This document shows positions 50,097-61,050 of a DNA stretch of 64,000 nucleotides, piece by piece (positions within the stretch are counted from its first letter, which is position 1; every line of letters starts with the position of its first letter). This DNA comes from Oculina patagonica (lineage: Eukaryota): the NCBI RefSeq assembly GCF_052425735.1, contig NC_135767.1, forward strand, positions 21,390,001-21,454,000, read 5' to 3'. Below the pieces are notes generated by a model, which was not told where the DNA came from, did not search any database, and worked only from the letters and a program-made list of their open reading frames with translations. The position numbers and the translations under genes are program-made.

Positions 50097-51759
50097 GTAA
50101 CGGAATTGTATTGCCGAATTTACAAACAACGCATGTGTTACCCTTTTCGAAAATCCCACTAATCTTTTGCTTCCCAAAGCAAATTGTAGCCGACAAAGCG
50201 AAGGAAGATAAAAGTAACTTTTTTCATGTTAACAATTACAAACTGCAGAGTCTCAAGTTTATATACAGTGTCCAAAAATTTCACTAGTCATATTGCCCTG
50301 TTTGGTGTAAACCAATTTTCACTGGTTATTTTGCACTTAATTTCTTGATAAGTAATAAACAAATAAATAATAAACATAATTAATTATAATCTTGTTATCG
50401 TAGCTGTAAATACTTCTTACTGAAGCAGGAGGCTGGCGACTCAAGTTCAGTAAGCACTTTTTAATTATAACGATTTGTATACATGGAAAATAATGTGCAA
50501 CTTATTCTAGGGCCGCTGGAAAACGTGCTATTGAAAACCTTTGTCATTAAAATAAATTTTCTTGCTTGTGTAATATATTTCTGGTTGTGTTTGCGTGTAG
50601 TGACTTGAGTCAGAGTGGCTTTGGGAAGCTACTCAAAAGACAGGGAATATTTTGCGAAAAATCCATCACCCTCCTCACCCCCCCCCCCCCAAAAAAAAAA
50701 AAAAAAAAAAAAAGAGAATCCATTTGAAGACAATAAAATACAGGTCTTGCTTTTGTATGCAAGGTCCCTTGCCAATCATATCAAAGTTTCACAAAACGTA
50801 TAATTATTAATAAACGGAGGTAAATAAAGGATATCATGCACACTGTCAGTGGCGAAAAGCCTGGACTTTAAATTTAAATTCGGGTGATATTAAAAGGCAT
50901 TTTGCCATGAGTGAACTAAGGCTTCCGAACAAATAAGATTCTGCTCTTCTCTCAACATCTTGAAGCTATTCTGTGATGACAGTTCTTTACATTATTTCCG
51001 TGTCGAATGACGACAAAATATCTTATCAATAGGTAACCTGCTACGGAAAGCTCCGACTGTTTGTCATAACAGACTCATTCATTTAAAGTTCCAAAATAAT
51101 TTTGATGGAATTTAGCTATTGCCAAAAGCCATTATGCCTATTGCTGGAAACCTCACTTTTAGATTTTGGCCAAACATATGCAAAAGTTCTCAAAGATAGG
51201 ATAACTGAGTTTTTTTAGTTTTTCAGGATCAATGTCGATTTATATTATGCACATCATTCTGGAATACTCTGACAGAAATAGAATAGTACAGAAATAGACA
51301 CAAGCCTGTGATTTTTTTCAGATCGATGTTTCTTGCTTGTCGATCCTATGTCTTGATGTCCAGGTTTTCTTCCACCATATCACGGCAGATCGAGTGCGCG
51401 TCCTTCCCAACTTCGCGAAGGATTCGCAAGGGCGAGCTGTAGCTACCCAATCTAGATGGGAAATGGTGCTGCGATTTGTGATTTGTTGGGCTGATGTTGT
51501 ACCCCACATGACGACTGAATCTGTAAATCGTGTACGATTTTTCCGTATACAAATAAAAAATGAATAGTAGAATAATCGTTTTGGATGGTGTCCTTTAATT
51601 TTATTTCCTTGTTGTTTCATTTTAGATCCTTGTTGTTTTGAGGCAGCGCCCACCCAGTCGATGGCAATGTTGGGCAATAAAAATTACATGAGGCACCCCA
51701 ACTTTGCACCACATTTGACATGAAAACTCAGCTAACGGATCGAACTGATCACATCGTGG

Positions 51760-52480
51760 CTTCTACAACTGTAGGTTGATCGATTCCTGATTATCAAGGT
51801 CTTCTTCAGCATCTTGAATATCAGCTGGTTCCTCCGGGGGCCTCGTGTGCAGGACCTTTCGAAGGTGTTCTTCCCAATTTTTTGTCTCCAACTTCTCAAG
51901 CTCAGTTGCCAGAAATTCACCTTTCTTCTCACAAATACAGACCTCTTTTCCTGTGTTCTCCACACATTTGCTGTCTGGTCCTGGAGACTACTGATATCTT
52001 GCTAATGATGTCTGGCAGCAGCCTCTGCTTCTTTATCAAGGTTTTACTTTCCTCTTTTTGTGCTACTACCAGAACATGGATGATCCCACACATCAGCTTT
52101 TCTTTTATTTTCCCCTCCTTATCCAGTGAGAGCGTACAGGGTGTCCACATAGCTTATCCAGAGCCAAACATATGCTTAAATCCTAGTGTGTTAGTGGTAA
52201 TATTGGTAATATTGCCCTGGTTTTGACAATCTTGGCCCATTCAGATTACAACGGGCATTTTTTGACGGGTCTTTACCTACTCTTTATCTTGCACAGGAGT
52301 ACAAGTGACGAGTCGGACACGGGGAAACAATGGAAAACAATCGAGTCACTCCCTCCCTGCTGATCTTACAGGGGACTTTTCACCAATTTGGGTCTTATCG
52401 CACCTGTTAAGAGAGTGCCAGGAGATTTATGTCCCGGTCCCCATGCGGGAACAGTATTCGCTCCGATGACTTGGTTTTCC
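51760..52480 (-). mobile_element. Decayed RTE-clade LINE fragment (duplicated at about 55950-57755)
   Basis: WEEHLRKVLHTRPPEEPADIQDAEEDLD resembles the RTE endonuclease-RT linker; 52390-52480 resembles the endonuclease motif VIGGTLFPH..HK.TW.SP. Confidence 0.6.
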
Positions 52481-53908
52481 ACGCCGCTTTTTTCAACATA
52501 CTCGTTTGCATTACACCATTACCATACCTTCCCATGATTCTCTCTTTATTTTCAGATTTAGACTAATTATTCTAAGCTCCCAAAATTACTTTACGAGTTT
52601 AAGCAAGGCTATTTTCAATATTAATATTATTCCGTTCATTGCCAGTTACGAACGGTGTTGACTGACACTCGGGTTACGTATTTATCGTTTTACTTTCCAT
52701 ATATGAAGTTATTTAAAACAGAGGTGACTTGTCAAACACAAGGGGAAAATGGAGTTTCTATTTTTAAACAGATGACATAGTGAACCACCTGAAATGTATG
52801 CAAACATTCTTATTTTCAGTGTCAACATTCTTTTATGCGTTTGATATACCGCCGCGAAATTGGTTAATACCAGTTTTAAGCATAAAAGTGCTTTTTATAC
52901 TAATGTTTTAGAGCCGCGTACAAAATCCGCCTTGTGACCATAGGGAAATTTAAATAAAATAGGCCTTGTTTGGAGTTCCTCATTTCATTATATGGTCAAT
53001 TTTCACTCAAAGAGCATTGTTACAGAATTTTTACACTTCGTATATTCCTGATGAGGCGTAAGCTCTTGATTGAATAATCTTTCTTTCCTAGCCGGCGAGA
53101 TCAATTAAGATATATATTTGGTTTTGCCACCAAGGAAGGTAAAAACAAAAGCTAGTCTGCAAATTAGCCTCAGTTATGCGCTTAGACTCTTTTTTATATC
53201 ACACACATATAAAAAACGAAAGACTAGGAAGAGTTTGCAGTTACGTTTTCAGATTTACTCTTTGGATCAACGTCCGAAAATCAAATTTTTGCTATCATAT
53301 CTGACTTAAAAGGGGCTTTTCACAGTTTTGGACAAAATTGGGGCATTATTGATAAACGTAATTAGAGGAAACGAGAATTTCCTGCTGTGCCAAATAACGT
53401 GTTCTATTTCTTGACCTTAGCGTGGGGTAGACTTCCTCATTAATTAAAGTTATTGAAATTCCGCCTGTTTATCTAAAGCTACAAAAGAAAATTGATATTT
53501 CAATTTTAACCTGTTACTGTAAATGCGTCTAATTAAGAAAAGAGAGTGATAGTCATATGGCGGACAAACCTACTTGTAAAGCAAATTAGGCAAATTGGTG
53601 CAAGATATTAGGCTGGCAGATAGCTGGCAGTTGGATAATATACCCTTAAAAGGTAAAGAAAAACAAGCAACTAGTATACTTTAACCGTTAATGCTCAATA
53701 GAGATCATTTTAAATTGAAAGTAGCATGTTGATGTTCTTTGCTGACAAACACACATCTAAGTAGGCTCGGTGTTGTATTTCAGCTGCTGGTTTTCATGTG
53801 CTAATAACATTGAATCAGAGGTTTCCCACCGTTACAACAAACAAAACAGAAGACCCATAACTCGAAACTCAAAAGTTTGCGAGCCCTAGCTTCAGGAAAG
53901 TGGACAAG

Positions 53909-55060
53909 ATGAACCATACGTGCAACGCCTCATGGCTTAACATTAGCAGCAATTCTTCAAACTGGCTAAACCAAAACGTATCTGCTTATCTGTCAGCTTG
54001 CAGTGAGTTCGGCGCCCAGATACCTCCGCCGATCAACCCGTTTGAGGATTTCAACAAAGCCGCTTTCGGTTCCTCGATCTTCATGTTCGTGGTTTCGTTT
54101 ATCACAGTCCTAGCCAACGGTCTTCTACTTCTCATTTTTTGTGTCGACCCACTGAAAATCTTCCGAAACCCAACCACGTATTTTCTCATCGGTTTGGCCA
54201 TAGTCGACTTACTAACAGGACTGGTTCAAGAACCCATATACGCCACTTGTTTCATCTTCTTGTACCTTCAACATCCTTCGATGGCGAAATGTCAATCATA
54301 TATGCAATTTGCATATTATTTTGCGACCTTCTCTATAACGGTATCTTTGATAATCGTTTTCGCCTTTACCGTGACGCAGTACATCGTGGTTGCATCGCCT
54401 CTTAAGTACGGCCGTTTGGTGACAAAGAAGAAAGTCTTAATTAGCGTCGTGCTCATCTATGTCTACAGTGCCATCTTCTCTTGTCTGCCTTTGATGGGTG
54501 TTTCAGAAAAAGTTCACGAGGCCATAACACTGTTCCTTCACAGCTATGCAGTGGTGCTGGTCACTATCGTTTTCTACATTCTTCTGCATTACACAATGAA
54601 AAAGAAAATGGCGAGTGGAAACTCCCTTCGAAACGAGAGTACATCTCGCGAAGAGAGTAAACATGCGCAAGTACAACGAAACTTTGTTCGCTTGAACGTT
54701 ATACTCTTAATTGTGCTGATTGTGTGTTTTGTGCCAACGATGATTATGATGACAATACGACTGTACATGGAAGAACATCTAGCTCCTTACTGGCCAAATG
54801 TTCTGATGGCAAATTTGATGACAGATAACCTGCATTACCTGAAGTTCTTGCTGGACCCGTTCGTGTACGCGTGGCGCATGCCGAAATATCGGGAATCTCT
54901 CAGTAAAGTTGTTTGCCGTAAAAGTATTGGAAAGGAATCGAATCGAAATGGAAATAAAAGCATGTCAACAGGAGCAATCAGCGTCAGTGAATTGACAACT
55001 ACAGAAATGAACAAATCGACAATAACTTTGCTTAGCTTCAAAAATGTCCCGACAGACTAA
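53909..55060 (+). CDS. Atypical class A GPCR copy 12 (subfamily A)
   Basis: Intact 7TM ORF; first ATG is 53909 (the track start at 53900 is GTG). Confidence 0.93.
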   Translation: MNHTCNASWLNISSNSSNWLNQNVSAYLSACSEFGAQIPPPINPFEDFNKAAFGSSIFMFVVSFITVLANGLLLLIFCVDPLKIFRNPTTYFLIGLAIVDLLTGLVQEPIYATCFIFLYLQHPSMAKCQSYMQFAYYFATFSITVSLIIVFAFTVTQYIVVASPLKYGRLVTKKKVLISVVLIYVYSAIFSCLPLMGVSEKVHEAITLFLHSYAVVLVTIVFYILLHYTMKKKMASGNSLRNESTSREESKHAQVQRNFVRLNVILLIVLIVCFVPTMIMMTIRLYMEEHLAPYWPNVLMANLMTDNLHYLKFLLDPFVYAWRMPKYRESLSKVVCRKSIGKESNRNGNKSMSTGAISVSELTTTEMNKSTITLLSFKNVPTD

Positions 55061-56005
55061 GTGACGGAATTGTATTGCCGAATTTACAAACAACGTATGT
55101 GTTACTCTTTTCGAAAATCTTACTAGATCTTTTGCTTTCCAAAATAAACTGAAGCCGATAAAACGAAGGAATATGAAAAAATAACTTTTTCATATAAATA
55201 ATTACAAACTGTAATTAAAAACTGTAAAGTATCACAAGTTTATATATATATATATATAGTGTGCAAAAATATCACAAGTCGTATTGCCCTGTTTGGTGTA
55301 AACCAATTTTCACTGGATATTTTGCACTTAATTTCTTGCTTAAATTTGATTATATGAAAGCACAAATAAATAATAAACATAAATAATTATAATATATAAT
55401 CTAGCTAGCGTAGTTGTAAATATTTCTTACTGAAGCAGGAGGCTGGCGTCTCAAGTTTAGTGAGCATTTTTTAATCATAACGATTTGTATACATGGAAGT
55501 ATGGAACTTATTCTAAGGCCGCTGAAAAACGTGTCATTGAAAACCGTTATCTGTCATTAAAAAGAAATTTCCTTGCTTGTGTGATATATTTCTGCTTGTT
55601 TTTGCGTGCAGTGACTTGAGTCAGAGTGGCTTCGGCGAGCCACTCAAAAGACACGGAAAATCTCGTACAAAAAAATCACTCATCCTCCTCTTACCCCCGA
55701 AAATGAACCCAAAGATGATCCATTTGAAGACAATAAAATTCAGGTCTTAATTTTGTATGTAAGTTCCCTTGCCGATCATATCAAAGTTTCAATTTTCTTT
55801 TCTTCTGTCTAGATCCCAGTTGTTTTAAGGCAGCACCAAGTCGATGGCAATGATGAGCAATAAAAATGACATGAGGCACCCCAACTTTGCACCACATTTG
55901 ACTGATGAAAACTCAGCTAAGGGATAACTGATCAACTCATGGCTTCCACTACTGTAGGTTGATCGATGCCTGATATTATTAAGGTCTTCTTCAGCATCTT
56001 GAATA

Positions 56006-56339
56006 CCGTAGAATTCCGGTTATAAGCCCTGGGCTTATACAACTTCGTAAGGGGTTTTGGGTGGGCTTATAAGCGGAGAGGCTTATATCCGGGAGGGCTT
56101 ATAAGCGGAATAAAAAAAACGTTTCGAAACGAGCCACGGGAGTGTTGATCGAAATACGTTTTTAAGGTTAAAAACACATAATAAAGCAATATTTAGCCCT
56201 GTTCAGTACTGTCATTCAGCAGAGGGGGGCTTATATCCGGGGGGGGCTTATAACCGGATGTATTTTTTTGTTTTAAGGTAGATGGGCCTATAACCGGGGG
56301 GGCTTATAAGCGGGGGGGCTTATAACCGGAATTTTACGG
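56006..56339. mobile_element. Tc1/mariner-type MITE, TA TSD
   Basis: CCGTAGAATTCCGGTTATAAGCCC / GGGCTTATAACCGGAATTTTACGG; repeated ggcttata; empty site at about 51819 in the paralogous spacer. Confidence 0.92.
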
Positions 56340-56740
56340 TATTAGCTGCATCCTCCGGGGACCTTGTGTGCAGGACCTTTCGTGGGTGTTCTGCGCAACC
56401 TTTTGTCTCATCCTTTTCGAGCCGGTTGCCAGACATTTACTGTTCTCCACACATTTACTGTCTGACCCTGGAGACTACTGATATCTTGCTAATGATGTCT
56501 GGCAGCAGCCTCTGCATCTGTAGCAAGGTTTTCCTTTCCTCTTTTCATGCTGCTACCAGAACATGCATGATCCTTTACATAGCTCGAAATTTCTCTAAAA
56601 GCAAGAATACTTGGCTCTCATCAGCTTTTATTTTATTTTCCCTCCTTATCCTGTGGGAGCGTACAGGTTGTCCTCATTGATATAGCTTATACTCAGAGCC
56701 AGACAATTTGCCTAAATCCTAGTGTGGTCGTGGTAACATT

Positions 56741-57461
56741 TTTTTTTAATTTATTTATTTATTGCAACACAAAGAACACTACTTACAACACAAATACATA
56801 CACTACTTACAATGCTACTTACAATACATTACTTATTACATTGTTTCTTCACTACTTTTATAAACATTTCTTTTTAAATAGTAATATCACGATATCACGC
56901 ATTACAATGCCTACTATAACAAATAACATTCTTACAAAGGTTAAGGTTACAGTGTACTTACAAAATTCAGTTTTTACTAATACAATTAGATCTTAATACT
57001 AACTGTATATATTTTTAATTGTCTATTATTTATTCTTCTAGTAGTATTATATAAATATTATGCTTAATAATACAGTTCTAATTATCTAAAAGCTCACGGA
57101 TGCTCGAACGCCGGACGGTTCCGTAGACAATTTGTTTTTTAGCACGATTTTGAATGCTAGTAAGCTAAAGGATTCACTTTCTTTGGCTGCTGTGTAGATG
57201 TAGTATCGAGCTACAATCAGGCAAAAATTGAGCACGTGGAAAGATCGTTCCTCGGGGTGATATGCATATATTTTATCTTTGTTGGTCAGAGCCACCTTGG
57301 GTGAGTTGCAAGAGTTCCACCAAGAGGTAAAGAGGTTCCAGAAAATTTGGACATGCTGACATTCTGCAAGCAAATGTTGTAGCGTTTGTCTTGTTCCACA
57401 CAATTGACATTCATCATCGTCAGTAATTTTAGCTCTAAAAAGTTTATCACGAGTGTAAAGG
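56741..57461 (-). mobile_element. 5'-truncated L1/Tx1-type LINE 3' end
   Basis: 17-bp TSD GTGGTCGTGGTAACATT (56724-40, 57462-78); polyA tail on minus strand; open frame with CQLC-x7-HLLAEC zinc knuckle ending at 57086; empty site near 52190. Confidence 0.88.
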
Positions 57462-57767
57462 GTGGTCGTGGTAACATTGGTAATATTGCCCAGGTCTTGA
57501 CAATCTTGTCACATTCAGACTACAACGGGCATTTTGTGACGGGTCTTTATCAACTCTTTATCTTGCACAGAAGTACAAGTGACGAGTCGGTCACGGGGAA
57601 ACAATAGAAAACAATAGAGTCCCTCTCCCCTACTGATCTTACAAGGGGCTTTTCCCCAATTTGGGTCTTATCGCTTCTGTTAAGAGAGTACCAGGAGATA
57701 TATGTCCCTATCCCCATGCGGGAACAGTATGGCTCCGATGACTTGGTTTTCCACGCCGCTTTTTTCA

Positions 57768-58179
57768 GGCATCGTTTACACGGACGCGGTTATTAATCAA
57801 CACGGTTTCATGACCTCGAAACTTCCCCCGAAAACGACACGGTTTCAAAGTGTGTACACGAAACATAGCCTACCGTTTTCCAAGTGTTTTTGAACACGAT
57901 TGTATAAGCAGGTACTGCACTCTGTGCAAGGTTCGGCATGTTTACTCTTCGCAATCCAGTAAATTTGTGGCAAAACACTTGACCGTTTTCAAATCGATGC
58001 GGTTTTGCCGATTACACGATCAATGAAACCGTATCGTTTTGAAAACGCTCCACTTTTGAGAGCGTTTTCAAAACGATCCGGTTTCAGTTGTGTCTCGATC
58101 GGCGCCGTGTAAACGAAAGGCGTAACCGCATCGAAAGCGATGCGGTTACAAATGAAACTACATCCGTGTAAACAGTGCC
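57768..58179. mobile_element. PIF/Harbinger-type MITE, TCA TSD
   Basis: GGCATCGTTTACACGG / CCGTGTAAACAGTGCC; TCA on both sides; empty site at about 52493. Confidence 0.88.
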
Positions 58180-58593
58180 TCAGCATGCTCGTTTGCATTA
58201 CCATAACAATGCCTTCCCATGATTCTCTCTTTATTTTCGGGTTTAGACCAATTTTTCTAAGCTCCCAAAATTACTTTATGAGTTTAAGCAAGGCCATTTT
58301 CAATATTCTTATTATTCCCTTCATTCCCTGAAACAAAAGGTATTGCCTGACACTCGGGTAAAGTATTTACCGTTTTACTTTCCATATATTGAGTAATTTG
58401 AAACAGAGGTGACTTATCAAAATCAAGGGGAATAAAATGTGGGTTTTCTTTTTTTAAACAGATGACATAGTTAGCACCTGTAATATATGCAAACATTCTT
58501 ATTTTTAGTGTCAACATTCTTTTATGCGTTTGATATACCGCTGCGAAATTTTAAGCAAATAAATGCTGTTGGTATTGATGTTTTAGTGCCATG

Positions 58594-58934
58594 CATGCAT
58601 TTCTTATTTTCATGCAAGCTATACGAAAACATACGTTTAAAGTTCTTTAATGAAATAACCGCCAAATATAGTATTTTTAACGAGTTTGATATTAATGCAA
58701 AATCTTTATTTCTTTGTAACAGCATTGATCCTGCTGTTTGTCGATCAACTGCTGCTTTTGTTTTTCAAGCTATGTCTCTTAGACATGAAACTTTATTTTC
58801 CAAATGATAAAATCGCATTTTTTTTTTGTTTCATTTCTGATACTACTTGTAATTTCTCAAGTGTAAGTAGGTAATGCCATGTATTTTTATGGAAATACCT
58901 CAATAAATTGTTGTTGTTGTTGTTGTTGTTGTTG
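58594..58934 (+). mobile_element. 5'-truncated LINE 3' end (RTEX/CR1-like) with (TTG)n tail
   Basis: HFLFSCKLYENIR ORF2-type C-terminus with stop at 58807; AATAAA then (TTG)n; absent from the paralogous spacer near 52915. Confidence 0.65.
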
Positions 58935-59889
58935 TAAAAGCCGCCTTATAGCAATGGGCGCTTTTTGGAGTACTTCATTTACATGATCAATTTGCACTCA
59001 AAGAACATTGTTGCAGAATTTTTACACATCGTATATTTCAGATGAGGCGTAAGTTCTTGATTAAATAATCCTTTCTTTCCTCAGGCGAGATTAAGATATG
59101 TATTAGGTTTTGCCATCAAGGAAGGTAAAACAAAAGCTAGCCTACAAATTAGCCTTTTTATGCCCTCAGTTGCTTTTTTTAAAATAACACACATATAAAA
59201 AACGAAAGACTAGGAAGAGTTTGCAGTTAAGTTTTCAGATTTACTCTTCGGATCAACGTCCGAAAGTCAAATTTTTGTTATCATATGTGACTTAAGAGGA
59301 GCTTTTCACAGTTATGGACAAAATTTGGGCATTATTGATAAACGTAATTAAAGAAAACGAGAATTTCCTGCTGTGCCAAATAATTTGTTCTATTTCTTGA
59401 CCCTAGCGTGGGGTAGAATTACTCATTAATTAAAGTTATTGAAATTACGGCTGTTTATCTTAAGCTCCAAAAGAAAATTGATAATTCAATTTAACCTGCT
59501 ACTGTTAATGCGTCTAATTTAGAAAAGAGAGTGATAGTCATATGGCGGAAAAACCTAATTGTTAAGGAATTGGAGCAAGTTAGTAGGCAGGTAGGTGGCT
59601 GGCAGATGGATGATATACCCTTAAATGGTAAAGAAAAATAAGCAACTATGCTTTAGCCGTTAATGCACAATAGAGATCATTTTAAATTGAAAGTAGCATG
59701 TTGACATTCCTTGTTGACAAACACGCATCTAAGAAAGCTCAGTGTTGTATTTGACGTATTTCAGCTGTTGCTTTTCATGTGCTAATGACATTTAATCAGA
59801 GGTTTCCCACCGTTACAACAAACAAAACAGAAAAACCATAACTCGAAACTCAAAAGTTTGCGAACCCTTTCTTCAGGAAAGTGGATAAG

Positions 59890-61050
59890 ATGGACCTTAC
59901 GTGCAACGCCTCGTGGCTTAACATTAGCAGCAATTCTTCTGATTCTTCAAACTGGCTAAACCAAAACGTATCTGCTCATCTGTCAGCTTGCGGTGAGTTC
60001 GGCGCCCGGAGACCACCACCGATCAACCCTTTTGAGGATTTTTACAAAGCCGCTTTCGGCTCTGCCATCTTCATGTTCGTGGTTTCGTTCACCACAGTCC
60101 TAGCCAACAGCCTTCTTCTTCTCATTTTCTGCATCGATCCATTGAAAATCTTCCGCAACACTACCACATATTTCCTCATTGGTTTGGCCATAGTCGACTT
60201 GTTAACAGGACTGGTGCAAGAGCCCATATACGCCACTTGTTTCATTTTCTTGTACTTGCGACATCCTTTGACGCCCAAATGTCAACCATACATGCAATTT
60301 GCACATCACTTCGCAACCTTCTCGATAACGGTATCGTTGGTAATCGTTTTCGCCTTTACCGTGACGCAGTATATCGTGGTTGCATCACCTCTGAAGTACG
60401 GCCGTTTGGTGACAAAGAAGAAAGTCCTCATTAGCGTCGTGTTCATCTATGTCTACACTGCAATCTTCTCTTGTCTGCCTTTGATGGGTGTTTCAGAAAA
60501 AGTTCACGATGCCATAACACTATTCCTTCACAGCTATGCAGTGGTCCTGGTCACCATCGTTTTTTACATCCTTCTGCATTATACCATGAAAAGGAAAATG
60601 GCGGCAGCGAACTCACTTCAAAACGAAAGTACGTCCCGTCAGGAAAGTAACCATACTAAAGTGCAACGGAACTTTGTTCGCTTGAACGTGATCCTTTTAA
60701 TTGTGCTGATTGTGTGTTTCGTGCCTACGATGATTATGATGACAATACGACTGTACATGGAAGAACATCTAGCTCCTTACTGGCAAAAGGTTCTGATTGC
60801 AAATTTGATGACAGATAACCTGCATTACCTGAAATTCCTGTTAGACCCGTTCGTGTACGCGTGGCGCATGCCGAAGTATCGAGAATCTCTCAGTAAAATA
60901 ATTTGCCGTAAAAATATCGCAAAGAAATGGAGGGGAAGTGAACGCGAGAGCAAGTCTACAACTGGAAGTCGCGTTAGTGAATTAACAACTGTGGAACTAA
61001 ACAAATCGGAGATAACTTTGCTAAGCTTTAAAAATATCTCTGTGGACTGA
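59890..61050 (+). CDS. Atypical class A GPCR copy 13 (subfamily A)
   Basis: Intact 7TM ORF; first ATG is 59890 (the track start at 59881 is GTG). Confidence 0.93.
   Translation: MDLTCNASWLNISSNSSDSSNWLNQNVSAHLSACGEFGARRPPPINPFEDFYKAAFGSAIFMFVVSFTTVLANSLLLLIFCIDPLKIFRNTTTYFLIGLAIVDLLTGLVQEPIYATCFIFLYLRHPLTPKCQPYMQFAHHFATFSITVSLVIVFAFTVTQYIVVASPLKYGRLVTKKKVLISVVFIYVYTAIFSCLPLMGVSEKVHDAITLFLHSYAVVLVTIVFYILLHYTMKRKMAAANSLQNESTSRQESNHTKVQRNFVRLNVILLIVLIVCFVPTMIMMTIRLYMEEHLAPYWQKVLIANLMTDNLHYLKFLLDPFVYAWRMPKYRESLSKIICRKNIAKKWRGSERESKSTTGSRVSELTTVELNKSEITLLSFKNISVD

Larger units (their letters stand above)
50097..59880. repeat. Tandem segmental duplication of gene plus spacer
   Basis: Spacer 50097-53899 aligns with spacer 55061-59880, apart from four insertions in the second and a block (about 50790-51600) present only in the first. 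Confidence 0.9.

Noticed and set aside
7236-60278. Recurring antisense ORFs such as MAKPMRKYVV... and M..TQIITRFFV...
   Set aside because: Reverse-strand shadows of conserved GPCR codons; lengths and starts are inconsistent.
11952-61050. Calling the array opsins because of the TM7 lysine
   Set aside because: The Lys is 4 residues before the D of DPxxY, not 6 as in opsins; ECL2 is too short for the retinal plug and E/DRY is absent.
2450-61050. Specific gene symbols or ligands (adenosine, melanocortin, histamine receptors)
   Set aside because: Similarity is generic; orthology to bilaterian receptors cannot be supported without a phylogeny.
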